From: Octopus sinensis
Taxonomy: Eukaryota
Direction of reading: 5' to 3'
NCBI RefSeq assembly: GCF_006345805.1
Contig: NC_042997.1
Coordinates: forward strand, 178,064,001-178,128,000
DNA: 64,000 nt
Below are positions 24,740-36,903 of this stretch, one piece after another (position 1 is the stretch's first letter; every line of letters begins with the position of its first letter). The position numbers and the translations under genes were made by a program. The notes below the pieces were generated by a model. It saw only the letters and a program-made list of their open reading frames with translations, searched no databases and had not been told where the DNA came from.

Positions 24740-27700
24740 TATCCAACACAAACAATCCACCCGCTTTATGTTCAAACTGGGCTGGTCTGACCCTTTACAC
24801 CTCCCTTACAACGTCATTCAAAAAATATACAATCGCATCATTTAAATCTTGAAATTACAAAATAAAGCATGATTAATTCAAAACACTGAATTAAATAAAT
24901 ATTACATTTGACAGACTAAGTTTCCCAAGAAGCCTTGTGGGTCTAGGGCCCCAATTATAATCTAAGTATGTTATGACTACTGCCAATAAGTAGGTAATAT
25001 TGGTCCCAGTATAAGGCAGTGAAATGGCAGAATTGTTAGCATGTCGAGCAAAATGCTTAGTGGTGTTTCATGTCTTTACTTTCTGAGTTCAAATTCCACT
25101 GATGTCGACTTTGTCTTTCATCCTTTTGAGGTTGATAAAATAAGCATCAGTTGAGCAATGGGGATGATGTAATCGACTTTACCCCCTCCTCTGAAATTGC
25201 TAGCCTTTTGCCAAAACTTGAAACCAGTATTGGACCCAGTGCATTGATTTGCCTGGAGGTCTATGATGATGCAAAAACAGTCCTTCTACAACCCAACTCC
25301 CCAGCTGACCCCCTAATGTCAACATACTAACTTATACCAATAATCTATACTCACTCCTACTCCTTCCCCCTAAAGTTACCTGCAAAATTTTACTTTTTCA
25401 TTTTACTCTACAGCAGAAGAGTTAAGGCTGCTCCTCCTGGTTAAGAGGATTGACCTGCGAGAGTCATGTGCTGGTGCCATGTAAAAAGCACTCATGCCAG
25501 TGCAACATAAGTACACTTGTGCAGTTCCACATAACTCTGGCATGCTAGCTCTGGTCAAACTGTCAAACCCATGCCAATGTGGAAAATGGATGTTAAATGA
25601 TGATGATGATGATGATGATGTTACCTTACCTGAGGTCAACTTTGCCTTTCATCCTTCCAGAGGTCAATAAAAAAGTTTCAATCCAGGTTAATGGATTGGC
25701 AGAACAGTAACATTGTCAGAGTGGATGGATACCTTGTGGTGTTTGCTCCCCCTCTTCATGTTCTGATTTCAGATTCTGTTGTAGATTAGATGTGTGGTAG
25801 ACTTCTGAGAAGTGTGGAACCATTTCTTAACCACTATCGTTCCTAGGTCTACTTTGATCTGGAGTAGTAACCCATGTCAAGGTTCCAGCAATGGGTTAAT
25901 TAACATATAAGGGCTTTCTTAATTATGCATGTGAAGGCTCGATCTGGTGGACTCTGTGGAAGAAGGTTTCATGGTTCGAGGGAGGGGAAGGCAGTTGCAG
26001 TTATGCATTGTGGGTAAGGTAAGTAAAAAAGTTGAATAGGGACTCATTTGTGTAATAGGTTTTTCGCCTATTAAATTGTTTATAATTGTCATGGATATTT
26101 TAGTCCATAAAGTGTAATAAAATTGTAAGAGGATTAATACCTCATTCAGTATTTTTAAAAAGAACAATGTTTTAGAGAAGCAAAAGTCATCGGGCACTTT
26201 TCGTCTTCTCACATCATTATCATCCTTGTATCATTATCATTCATTTCATTAATGTCCGTGTCCAGCCTGCAAGCTTCCTTACTCTATTTACTGCCTTTAT
26301 GGCAAATTTAATAAAATAAAAATAAGTCATCTTGGTCATCCATCTCCATCCATTTCCATCCCTTATCATCTTGACCTGGTCTTGCCACTGTATTGAAGAT
26401 GGTCTTTGATGAGAGAGTGAGGATCACTGTGTGCAATTCTTCTTTAAACAAAGCCACTGCACAAGTCATTAGTCATCCTTAAAGATAACTAGATTGATTT
26501 CATTGCTCCAGTGGAGGAACATGATACTGGTAGGTTTAGTCATTCACCTCATATAACACTATTACAATGGGTACCTCTTGCAGAATCTGCACTGTTGTAA
26601 GCATTTAGGCTAGATCACTTACTCTTTTACTCTTTTATTCTTTTATTTGTTTCAGTCATTTGACAGTGGCCATGCTGGAGCACCGCCTTTAGTCAAGCAG
26701 ATCGACCCCAGGACTTATTCTTTGTAAGCCTAGTACTTATTCTATCGGTTTCTTTTTGCCAAACTGCTAAGTTACGGGGTATGTAAACACACCAGCATCG
26801 GTTGTCAAGCGATGTTGGGGGGGACAAACACATACACAAACATATACACACACACATACATACATATATATATATATATACACACACACATATATACGAC
26901 GGGCTTCTTTCAGTTTCCATCTACCAAATCCACTCACAAGGCTTTGGTCGGCCCGAGGCTATAGTAGAAGACACTTGGCCAAGGTGCCACACAGTGGGAC
27001 TGAACCCGGAGCCACGTAGTTCGTAAGCAGGCTACTTACCACACAGCCACTCCTACTTGTTTGAGGATATATTCCTTCTTCCCTCCTAACCAGTTCTGGA
27101 GATCCTGTAAAGGACTATGGACACTCACTTCCCTCCTGACTTCATCATCATCACCATTTACTGTCCATATTCAATGCTGGCATGGGTTGGGTAGTTTGAC
27201 AGGATCCAAGCCCCAATGTCTACTTTGGTATGGTTTTTGAAGCTGGATACCCTTCCTAATGCCAACCACTTTACAGCATGGACTGGATGCTTTATTTATT
27301 TATTTTTTGTGCTACCTGCATTTTTGAGGTCACCATGCAGTTTGCAGGACTATGAGTCTGGAGAGAGGTGACGGGGCAGCATTGTGCTGGGAGATGAGGG
27401 GATTACTGTGAGATGAGGAGGGACAGAGGGATGGGAGTAGCCATGCAGAGGGAACTACATGGCTACTCACATCTAGGAGAAATGGGTGCGGGGAGAAAAA
27501 AAGAAAATGATGAGTTGGAGCTGTAAGATGTAGATAATAGTTATAAGGTGCTGAGCTAACTTCAACATGAAAATATCCAGGCATTATCAGACATCATCAC
27601 AATGCCTAACATTTCCATTTTAATTACCTTTTCTTTCTTCATGACCACCATACAACCTGTTTCAACTAGCAATAACCACGCCTCGGATTTACCTCATTGG

Positions 27701-29254
27701 CCATGGTACCGTCTCACCCTGTTGCCAAACAACATGATGTACCCCATCTTTATACACTCAGAAACAACCCCATAAATTCACACATAGATATTACCTATAA
27801 AAATAACATTTATACCATATTCCTCAAAATTTACTCCATCACCTATAAATTTCATCTCCTTACTGGCACTTGTGCTGGTGTGCAGGTGATACGTAAAAAA
27901 AAACACGATTTTCCGTGACCGTTGCCAGAACCGCCTGACTGGCCCTCATGCTGGTGGCATGTAAAAGCACCCACTACACTCTCGGAGTGGTTGGCATTAG
28001 GAAGGGCATCCAGCTGTAGAATCTCTGCCAAATCAAGACTGGAGCCTGGTGCAGCCATCTGGTTCGCCAGTCCTCAGTCAAATCGTCCAACCCATGCTAG
28101 CATGGAAAGCGGACGTTAAATGATGATGATGATGATGATTTTCTCAGAGAAAACCTGAGAGAGTCTCTTACATATATATCCCTACCTGCCCTTACATCTC
28201 TTGGATTTTCTGTAACCTTTCTTTCCCTTGCTGCATCCACCTGTTGTTTCTTCTGCTCCCCTCTTCCTCTATTCTCTCTGCTACAAGGATGCTTTTGTGA
28301 CATTTACATTCTACTCTTCCCTTCCTTCTACCTTTCTCCTACCCTGTAGTGAATTCTTCTTGCCCCTCACCCTCTGCCTTCTTTTCTTTCACTGCCCTTT
28401 CTCCACAGTATCTCTGCCTCCTCAACACCCTTACTCATCTTTACCCTTCTGGCCTACCCCAGAAACCCCACACCTCTCTTTCCATCAATGACTCTCTCAG
28501 GATTCCTATCCACCTTAGTTTATGGTTACTTTTCTGTCCCCTTTTCCTCACACCTTATGTCTCTATTCACCCCTTATAATGTTGGATAGCTCAAGAATGG
28601 CCCCTTTACACAATCCATCATTTTGCTTTTTTTTTTTTTTTTGAACCCTGTCATTAATCTATTCCTTCTCTCCCATAACCTGCCTTACTGTCACATCTTT
28701 TATTTATCATCTTTTTGCTTCATATGATTACTCTCTCTTCTATTCACCATCAGTTACAGAGGCCACTTTAGGGTCTTAGCCTTGCAAGTTTCAAGGCAAT
28801 CATCACTTTTACTGATGCTATGAAAAATGTACTCTATATACTCAATAAAATCTTGTGTGTGTGTGTGTGTGTGCATGTGTGTGTGTGTGTATATTCTTTT
28901 ACTTGTTTCAGTCATTTGACTGTGGCCATGCTGGAGCACCACCCTGAAGTGCTTTTGTCAAATAATTCAACCCCAGAACTTATTTTTAAGCCTAGTACTT
29001 ACTCTATCTGAACCACTAAGTTATAGGGACGTAGACACATCGACACCAGTTGTCAACCAGTTGATGGTGGAGTGGGGGGGGGGACAAATATATGCACACA
29101 CACACACACACACATACATACATGACTGGTTTCTTTCAGTCTCTGTCTACCAAATCCACTCACAAGGCTTTAGTTGGCCTGATGTTATTGTAGAAGACAC
29201 TTGCCCAAGGCGCCATGCAGTAGGACTGACCATGTGGTTGGGAATGTATATATA

Positions 29255-29288
<34 letters not shown>

Positions 29289-30258
29289 CTTTTGGGAGGC
29301 TCTTGTACAGCTCTAAGTTCTTCAACCACAGTATATACCGATTAATGTTCAGAGCTATCCTCAGCATTCTCATGTAGCACCCATCTACCATCTGAGTGTG
29401 TTTCTTGGTCAGTGTCCAAGTCTCAGACCTGTAAAACAGCACAGACTCCACTGCAGCAATGAAGAAACAGATCTTTGGGACTTTATGAAGGTCCGGCTTC
29501 CATACAGATCTCAAACTGTGGATTGCTGCCCAGGCTTTGCTCTTCCTCTCAACTATATCACCCTCTGCATTCTCAGTCTTTGCTCCCAGATACAGGAAGT
29601 CCTCAACCAACTCTAGTGGCTTCCCACCTACATTCATATTCTTCTCTGGCTTCTTAATGTTCTCTTCCAGATACTTTGCCTTAATCTCATTCATTTGTAG
29701 TGATGCCATTTCGGAAGTCTTCAGCACGCATGCGCAGAGTTGGATTTCTTCCGGTAGGCTGCTGGAAGTTCCCTCATGCACATGCGCAGAGAACTACCAA
29801 CAGCAAGATTTCCCACTGTATTGATCTCTTTTGAAACAGCAGCCAAATTGAACGGTTGCATCCTCACGGCTCTCCCAAGCAAGCCAACACGTGGCGAAGC
29901 TACTCTACACTGGAACGAGACGGCATTTGGCTCACACAATTTAACTACTGTGATTAGCTCCATGGCCCATGGCTACCGGTTCGCCCTGAAGGAAATATAT
30001 GTATATGTATTATTGCAAATCCAGAAAATAAATATTATTTATGCTGTTGAAGATATTCGAAGTCTTTGTTTTCCTTCGACAAATAATTTAATGTAATGGG
30101 ATAAGACCGGTGCTCCTCAAGTGTTCCAGAGACCTTTCATCCTGTTATACATTTTTAGTCCCACAGTCTCCACCTGCATCAACTCCTCTGCCTCCCTCAC
30201 TGTGTTTGTCACTAGAACTATGTCGTCAGCAAATTCAGCATCTGATATCTTTTTCCCC
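29289..30258 (-). mobile_element. RTE LINE reverse transcriptase segment (inverted 5' part), split by a solo LTR
   Basis: GKKISDAEFADDIVLVTNT (FADD 30222-30233)...VETVGLK|MNEIKAKY...VEDFLYLG...AVESVLFYRSETWTLTKK...LELYKSLPK; the frame rejoins exactly across the LTR. Confidence 0.9.
29696..30149 (+). mobile_element. Solo LTR (copy 1, 454 bp), probably Gypsy-type
   Basis: Starts TGTAGTGATG, ends CATCCTGTTATA (CA changed to TA), 4-bp TSD CATT on both sides, AATAAA at 30027-30032; reverse-complement homolog at 37038-37481. Confidence 0.85.
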
Positions 30259-30490
30259 AAAAGTTAGCTCAAAAATAACACAGAGGAGACTGAGGTTAGC
30301 TCGACATGCTCACTGTCATTCAGAGTTGATACTGCACACAGTGCTCCTGTGGGAGTCACTACATAGACATGCTAGAAGAGGGAGACCGAGGATAACATAG
30401 GTTGATGCCTTAAGGATAGACACTGGTATCTGAGAGAGGCAGGACATGGCAGCGATTATGGGGGCCAAGGACCACTGGAGAGAACTCATT
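30256..30490 (+). mobile_element. RTE LINE C-terminal segment (forward 3' part)
   Basis: PKVSSKITQRRLRLARHAHCH...RRGRPRIT*VDALRIDTG; continues directly from the LPK end of the inverted segment. Confidence 0.85.
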
Positions 30491-30832
30491 CATAGATTTT
30501 GAAAATTTTACCTGCCCTGAAGTTATGTAGTAAAATAAGGATTCAGATAGAATCAGGTACTTGAAAAGGGTTAGATAAACCTGTGGTTCTGGCCCATGGT
30601 TGGTAAGTATCAAATAGGATATTCCACTTGTGTACAAAGAGAAAACCAACCCTATGAATATTTAGTGCCTAGGGGCTGGTCCAAAACATGTGTTACATTG
30701 AATTGTATGTTGTTGGTATACTCTAGGGTGTCTGACAAGTTGTCAATTCTCTTGGTTTATTATATATATATATGTATATATAAAATTATTTTAAACTTAT
30801 ATTTTAGTATATTGATATTTTAGATCGGAAAT

Positions 30833-30876
30833 CCACCTGAAGATTGTCATTAGAAGACATGAAACAATTGTAGTGG
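30833..30876 (+). ncRNA. Minimal type I hammerhead ribozyme motif (Penelope pLTR type)
   Basis: CCAC-CTGAAGA-tTGTC(attagaa)GACAt-GAAA-C-AATT-GTA-GTGG: stem I 4 bp, intact core, 2-bp helix III with palindromic AATT loop, GUA cleavage triplet. The 10.1/11.1 pair is a T-T mismatch. Confidence 0.6.
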
Positions 30877-31059
30877 CGGTTTTTTTACTTTTTATTAAAA
30901 TTTTATGTATTGATTAAGTCTTTCCTTGTTTGTTTTGCAAAATAGTGGTTTTGTCTCTAATTAATATTATATAATATTTTACTATAAAATTGGATTTAAT
31001 CCTAAATCTGATTTTTTCCTGTAAATTTGGATTTATTCCCTAATATTTATTATTATATG

Positions 31060-31090
<31 letters not shown>

Positions 31091-31154
31091 GTAGATATAT
31101 ATGTATATATAAATATAGATATGTATATATAGATAGCTATATATATATATATAT

Positions 31155-31196
<42 letters not shown>

Positions 31197-31418
31197 TAGA
31201 TAGATAGATAAGTACCCACTACTACACTTGGAGTGGTTGGCGTTAGGAAGGGTATCCAGCTGTAGAAACACTGCCAGATCAGACTGCTGCCTGGTGCAGC
31301 CTCCTGGCTTCGCAGACCCCAGTCGAACCATTCAACCCATGGCAGCATGAAAAACAGATGTTAAACGATGATGCTGATGATGATGGACAATTACTCATTG
31401 TCTGTTATTATTCATTTG

Positions 31419-31458
<40 letters not shown>

Positions 31459-32483
31459 TGTGTGTGTGTGTGTGTGTAACAGATGAGACTAATTAGTAAA
31501 CAATAATATGAGATGTCGGCGTCGTAATCAGTTTGTAAGGATTAGTTCTTTGTTGATTGCAGTCATGTAAAGATGAAAGAACAGTGATTGAAGTTGTGAA
31601 AAAAATATTGGTAGCTGTCTTTGACTTGAGTGTCATTCATTAACAAACTGATTGAGTTGTCATGAGCCAACTAACTGATTTTTGCTTGGGGTTCTTGCTT
31701 TTATAACTATCCAGAAGGATAGACATATCATTGACAACAATAGATTTAGTTCGTGGTCTTGTTACCTTAATTCTAGCTTTTGGTGAAATAGAAGAGGTTA
31801 GAAAGGTCAAGTGATGAAGACATTATTTCAGCCTAGCTAAGGCAGTCCTGGCAAATGTAAAACTGCTGTCACAGAGAAAAGTTCTGCTGAACTGTTAATT
31901 TAAATTTGGCTGTGGTGGATTGACTCTTGCTCATGCCTGCAAGATCCACTACATATATATCTCATGGACTCTCCCATTGTTAGATGATGTATGAGGGTTC
32001 AGCAATTTCTTACCGAACAACCACACAGATGATTTGTTTATAGTGATCCAATATTTGTGTACACTTAAACTCACTCCCTCCATCAAATCGACATTACCTG
32101 TACAGGTGCACCATGTGCCACATGTCAGATGACAAAATGATCACAGAGCAACAAACATGAAATAAAGTGCTTTCCTCAATGCCTGGTCAGGGAACTGAAC
32201 CTACAATCTCGAACCCACAATTACACACACTCTCACATACACATATATGTATACGTATGTGCAATGACCTAGTAGTTTGAGTGTTGCACTCACAATTATA
32301 AGATCATGATTTCAATTCCTGGACCAGACAGTGCATTGTGTTCTTGAGTAAAACATTTCATTTCATGTTGTTTTGTGATAGCTTCAACATCTGACATGTG
32401 GTACTCTATACAGCTGGGCAGGCAATGTTGATTTGATGGAGAGAGTGAGTTAATATACAGCACAAACATTTGATTACTATGAA

Positions 32484-32652
32484 CTATAGGCATAGGAGTG
32501 GCTGTCTGGTAAGTAGCTTGCTTATGAACCACATGGTTCCAGGTTCAGTCCCACTGTGTGGCACCTTGGGCAAGTGTCTTCTACTATAGCCTCGGGCTGA
32601 CCAAAGCCTTGTGAGTGGATTTGGTAGACAGAAACTGAAAGAAGCCTGTCGC

Positions 32653-32686
<34 letters not shown>

Positions 32687-32890
32687 TCGTGTTTGTCCCC
32701 CAACATCACTTGACAACCAATGTTGGTGTGTTTACATCTCCATAACTTAGTGGTTTCACAAAAGAGACTGATAGAATAAGTACTAGGCTTCCAAAGAATA
32801 AGTCCTGGGGGCGATTTGCTCAACTAAAGGTGGTGCTTCAGCATGGCCATACTCAAATGACTGAAACAAGTAAAAGAGTAAAAGAGTATT
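32484..32890 (+). mobile_element. SINE family B (tRNA-like head, internal CA/TG microsatellite, GAGTAAAA tail)
   Basis: ggagtggctgtctggtaagtagcttgc...ggttcagtccc head. Further copies at 22595-23080, 26625-27056, 28890-29245, 34125-34570, 36075-36475, 40030-40590, 45080-45422, 50745-51155 and others. Confidence 0.85.
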
Positions 32891-34296
32891 CATTCATACA
32901 GGTTGTTCAGCAAGAAACTACAGAACATTCATCTGTCATCTTCGACTGAAGAGTCTGTCATACATGCATGTATAAATGTATGTATGTATGTATGTGTATA
33001 CGTGAGTATATGCATATATGAGCATATGTATGCAAGGTATTTATATGTGTGTGTGTGTGTGTGTGTGTATGTGTGCATGTGAGAGAGAGCATGTCACTGT
33101 TTCTGTCTTCTTATCTTAATGTAGTAAGGTAGTTGTAAATGAATATTACTGTCATACAAGCAGTGTGGGTGTCATTCATTTCCAACATTCTGCAAAAATG
33201 TATCCGGCCATGGGGAAATATTGCCTTGCTTTAGTGAATATATATATTGCAAGTTTCAAGGCAATCATCACTTTTTCTGATGCTATGAAAAATGTATCTA
33301 GCCATAGACACGGGTGTATGATGCGTACGTCTGACTCATAGACCCTATAAAACCATCCAACTTATGTTAGCATGGCAGCTGGATATTAACTGATGATGAT
33401 GATGAGGAGGAGGAGGAGGAGGATTTTTACCTTTGCAATTTTACATCCGCAAGATAAAAATGTTTGCCACTTTGCTGTGGCATGATAAGAAAATCTATTA
33501 GTGCAGTAGAACCAGCCATTGCTCTTGAGCCATCGTGCTTGAGTTAAAACCGTGCTTTAGCTAGTGAGGGTTGGTGACAGGAAGGGCATCTATCAATAGG
33601 AAATCTGCTTCAGTAAACTCCATCTGATCTATATAAGTATAGAAAACTGGATGTTAAAACGAGGATGATGGTGATGTTAATGATTGCACAGTACAAACGC
33701 CAAATTTGAGACTAGAAAGACAAACAAGAGCTCTGTCTCACTCAAACAGGCATTTGTTTATGAACTAGCTTAAAAGTCCCACTCTGTGTGAACTTTTAAG
33801 CAACCTCCTGCAGAGGACTAATTGGGCCTGTGGCTCAAAACTAAAGAGAGCAAAAATAATCAAGCATTCATTTGTACCCTACCAATATGGTATTGCTTTA
33901 AATTCAGTTTAAAAGAAAACTTGTAAGTTCACGAATTTTTGGAATTCTTTTAAAATTTGAATTTTCAACTGTTAGCATATAACAAGAATGAAATGAAGGG
34001 CAGAATTTCAATCCCGGTATCATCCTGATTCCAAAAAGGTATAATATATCTATGTAAAGCAAATATAGACTGAGATATAGGGGTCCTGGACAGACAGACA
34101 GAATTTCACATTTATTATTACAGACGTAGGAATGGCTGTGTGGTAAGTAGCTTGCTTATGAACCACATGGTTCCGGGTTCAGTCCCACTGCGTGGCACCT
34201 TGGGCAAGTGTTTTTACTGTAGCCTCGGACTGACCAAAGCCTTGTGAGTAGATTTGGTAGACAGAAACTGAAAGAAGCCTGTCGTATATTTGTATA

Positions 34297-34355
<59 letters not shown>

Positions 34356-34850
34356 GTGTGTTTGTGTGTCTGTGTTTATCCCCCCAACATCACTTGACAA
34401 CTGATGATGGTGTGTTTACATCCCCCATAACTTAGTGGTTCGGCAAAAGAGACCGATAGAATAAGTACTAGGCTTACAAAGAATAAGTCCTGGGGTCGAT
34501 TTGCTCGACTAAAGGTGGTGCTCCAGCATGGCCACAGTCAAATGACTGAAACAAGTAAAAGAGTAATAAGTAATGAGTAGATGTTTAATATATTACTGTG
34601 AGTACTTGAGTTTTAGAATAGGCATCATGTCTGTCATATGAGGCAACTAAAATGGGTGACCACAGGTAGGCATCCAGTTGTAAAACACTATCTCAGAATT
34701 ATTCCAGCGTAGAGAAGTGGATGTGAAACATTGATGATGATGACTATGAGAAAGATGAAGACAATGATAATGATGATAATGAAGATGATGTCTGTGATGA
34801 TGATAATGATGACAACGATGATGATGGCAATGATGACTGTGATATACTGA

Positions 34851-35186
34851 AACCCCCTTTGGTCATGACTGACCATGGGATTGCACCTAGGAAGTTACCC
34901 TCCCAAGCACAAGTCTGGGCAATGATGTTTATGGAAGACCAACAATCGCCCATGCATAACAGCCTCCCCTCTCCACGCCACCAATGTTATCCAAGGGAAA
35001 GGCAAAGGAGCCGATACAGCTTGGCACATGTGACATTGCAATGCATTTCTACAGCTGAGTGAACTGGATCAACATGAAATAAAGTGTCTTGCTCAAGAAC
35101 ACAACACGCAGCCCGGTCCAGTATTCGAACTCACAACCTCATGATCGTAAGCTCGACACTCTAACCACTGAGCCATGCGCCTTCAC
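34851..35186 (-). mobile_element. tRNA-derived SINE family E
   Basis: Minus-strand head gtgaaggcgcatggctcagtggttagagtgtcgagcttacgatcatgaggttgtgagttcgaa; second copy about 47770-48105. Confidence 0.75.
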
Positions 35187-35323
35187 TGACTGTGATAATG
35201 AAGATGATTATAACAGCAATGATGACTGTGATGACCCCCAACGACCATGATAACTGTTGATGATGATGATGATGATGATGATGATCAATGACTGACGATG
35301 ACGATGGAGATGATTACGAAGAC

Positions 35324-35540
35324 GGTGAGCTGGCAGAAACGTTTGCACGCCGGGTGAAATGTGTAGCCATATTCTGTCTGCTGTCATGTTCTCCACCGAG
35401 GTCGACTTTGCCTTTCATCCTTTCGGGGTCGATAAATTAAGTACCAGTTACACACTGGGGTTGATGCAATCGACTTAATCCATTTGTCTGTCCTTGTATG
35501 TCCCCTCTGTGTTTAGCCCCTTGTGGGTAGTAAAGAAATA
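35324..35540 (+). mobile_element. SINE-C in a GAT/GAC-rich tract with 16-bp TSD
   Basis: AGATGATTACGAAGAC at 35308-35323 and 35540-35555. Confidence 0.85.
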
Positions 35541-36903
35541 GATGATTACGAAGACAAAGACGAAGATGAGGATGATGACGATGATGACAGCAACAATGAC
35601 GATGATGACAACGACAATGACAATGACAATAATGATGATGACAACAACGATGATGCCGCTTAAATATCTAATATCATTTACATTAAATAAATCACAGCAG
35701 TTAATTCAAACAATTTTTACAGCTATTTCATCTTAGTAAAAACCACATTCATTCTTTATTACAATAGTATCAATTTTTAACAGATTTAATTGAATAATAT
35801 TGATTTTTTTTTTTAAAAACATTAATACAAGACAATGAGAAAATAGTAAGAAAAATGTATAGTCAATAAAATCGACCCTGCAACTTGATCATTTTTCTGC
35901 TTCTGCAAATTACCTCTCCACACATTTAACGAACAGCACTAATAGTTTCCATTATAGGCACAAGATTTGTATATTTTGGTGGAAAAAACAGTTAAAATTG
36001 AACCACAGTACTTGACTGGTACTTGTTATTATCAGCTCTGTTTTTCGTTCCTTCTGGAAGCAATGGGCATAGGAGTGGCTGTGTGGTAAGTAGCTTGCTT
36101 ACCAACCACATGGTTCTGGGTTCAGTCCCACTGCGTGGCACCTTGGGCATGTATCTTCTACTATAGTCTCGGGCCGACCAAAGCCTTGTGAGTGGACATG
36201 GTAGACTGAAACTAAAAGAAGGCTGTCGTATATATGTATATATATATGTATGTGTGTGTATATGTTTGTGTGTCTGTGTTTGTCCCCCCAACATCGCTTG
36301 ACAACCGATGCTGGTGTGTTTACGTCCCCATAACTTAGCAGTTCGGCAAAAGAAACCGATAGAATAAGTATAGGCTTACAAAGAATAAGTCCTGGGGTCA
36401 ATTTGCTCGACTAAAGGCGGTGCTCCAGCATGGCTGCAGTTAAATGATGAAAAAAGTAAAAGAGTAAAAGAATACAATAAAATAACTATATATGAACTTT
36501 TTTTACTAAAAGAAGAAAAAGCACCCACTACACTCACGGAGTGGTTGGCGTTAGGAAGGGCATCCAGTTGTAGAAACATTGTCAGATAAGACTGGAGCCT
36601 GGTGCAGCCTTCTGGCTTCCCGGATCCCCGGTCGAACCGTCCAACCCATGCTAGCATGGAGAACGGACGTTAAACGATGATGATGATGATGATGATGATG
36701 AATGGTTTTGCTGAAGAAAATTAACCATTTAGCATTTAAACCAGCCATATCCAGCCCAAAATACTCTACCTGTTTTATGTTCAAGTTTGCTAGATCAGGT
36801 CTCTTACACTAACCTTACAATGTCATTCTCAAAATAAACAATCACATCATTGAAATTTCATAGCTATGGAATAATGCATAATTAATTCAAAACAATGTGA
36901 ATA

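Noticed and set aside
27680-27800. Minus-strand exon-like segment (YKDGVHHVVWQQGETVPWPM)
   Set aside because: The attractive frame needs a rare GAG acceptor directly after a stop; from the strong acceptor all three frames close.
28780-28830. Minus-strand gtgatga...gaaac-ttgcaa hammerhead-like string (also about 33247-33290 and 62100-62125)
   Set aside because: The core lacks C3 or stem II is missing; too degenerate to call.
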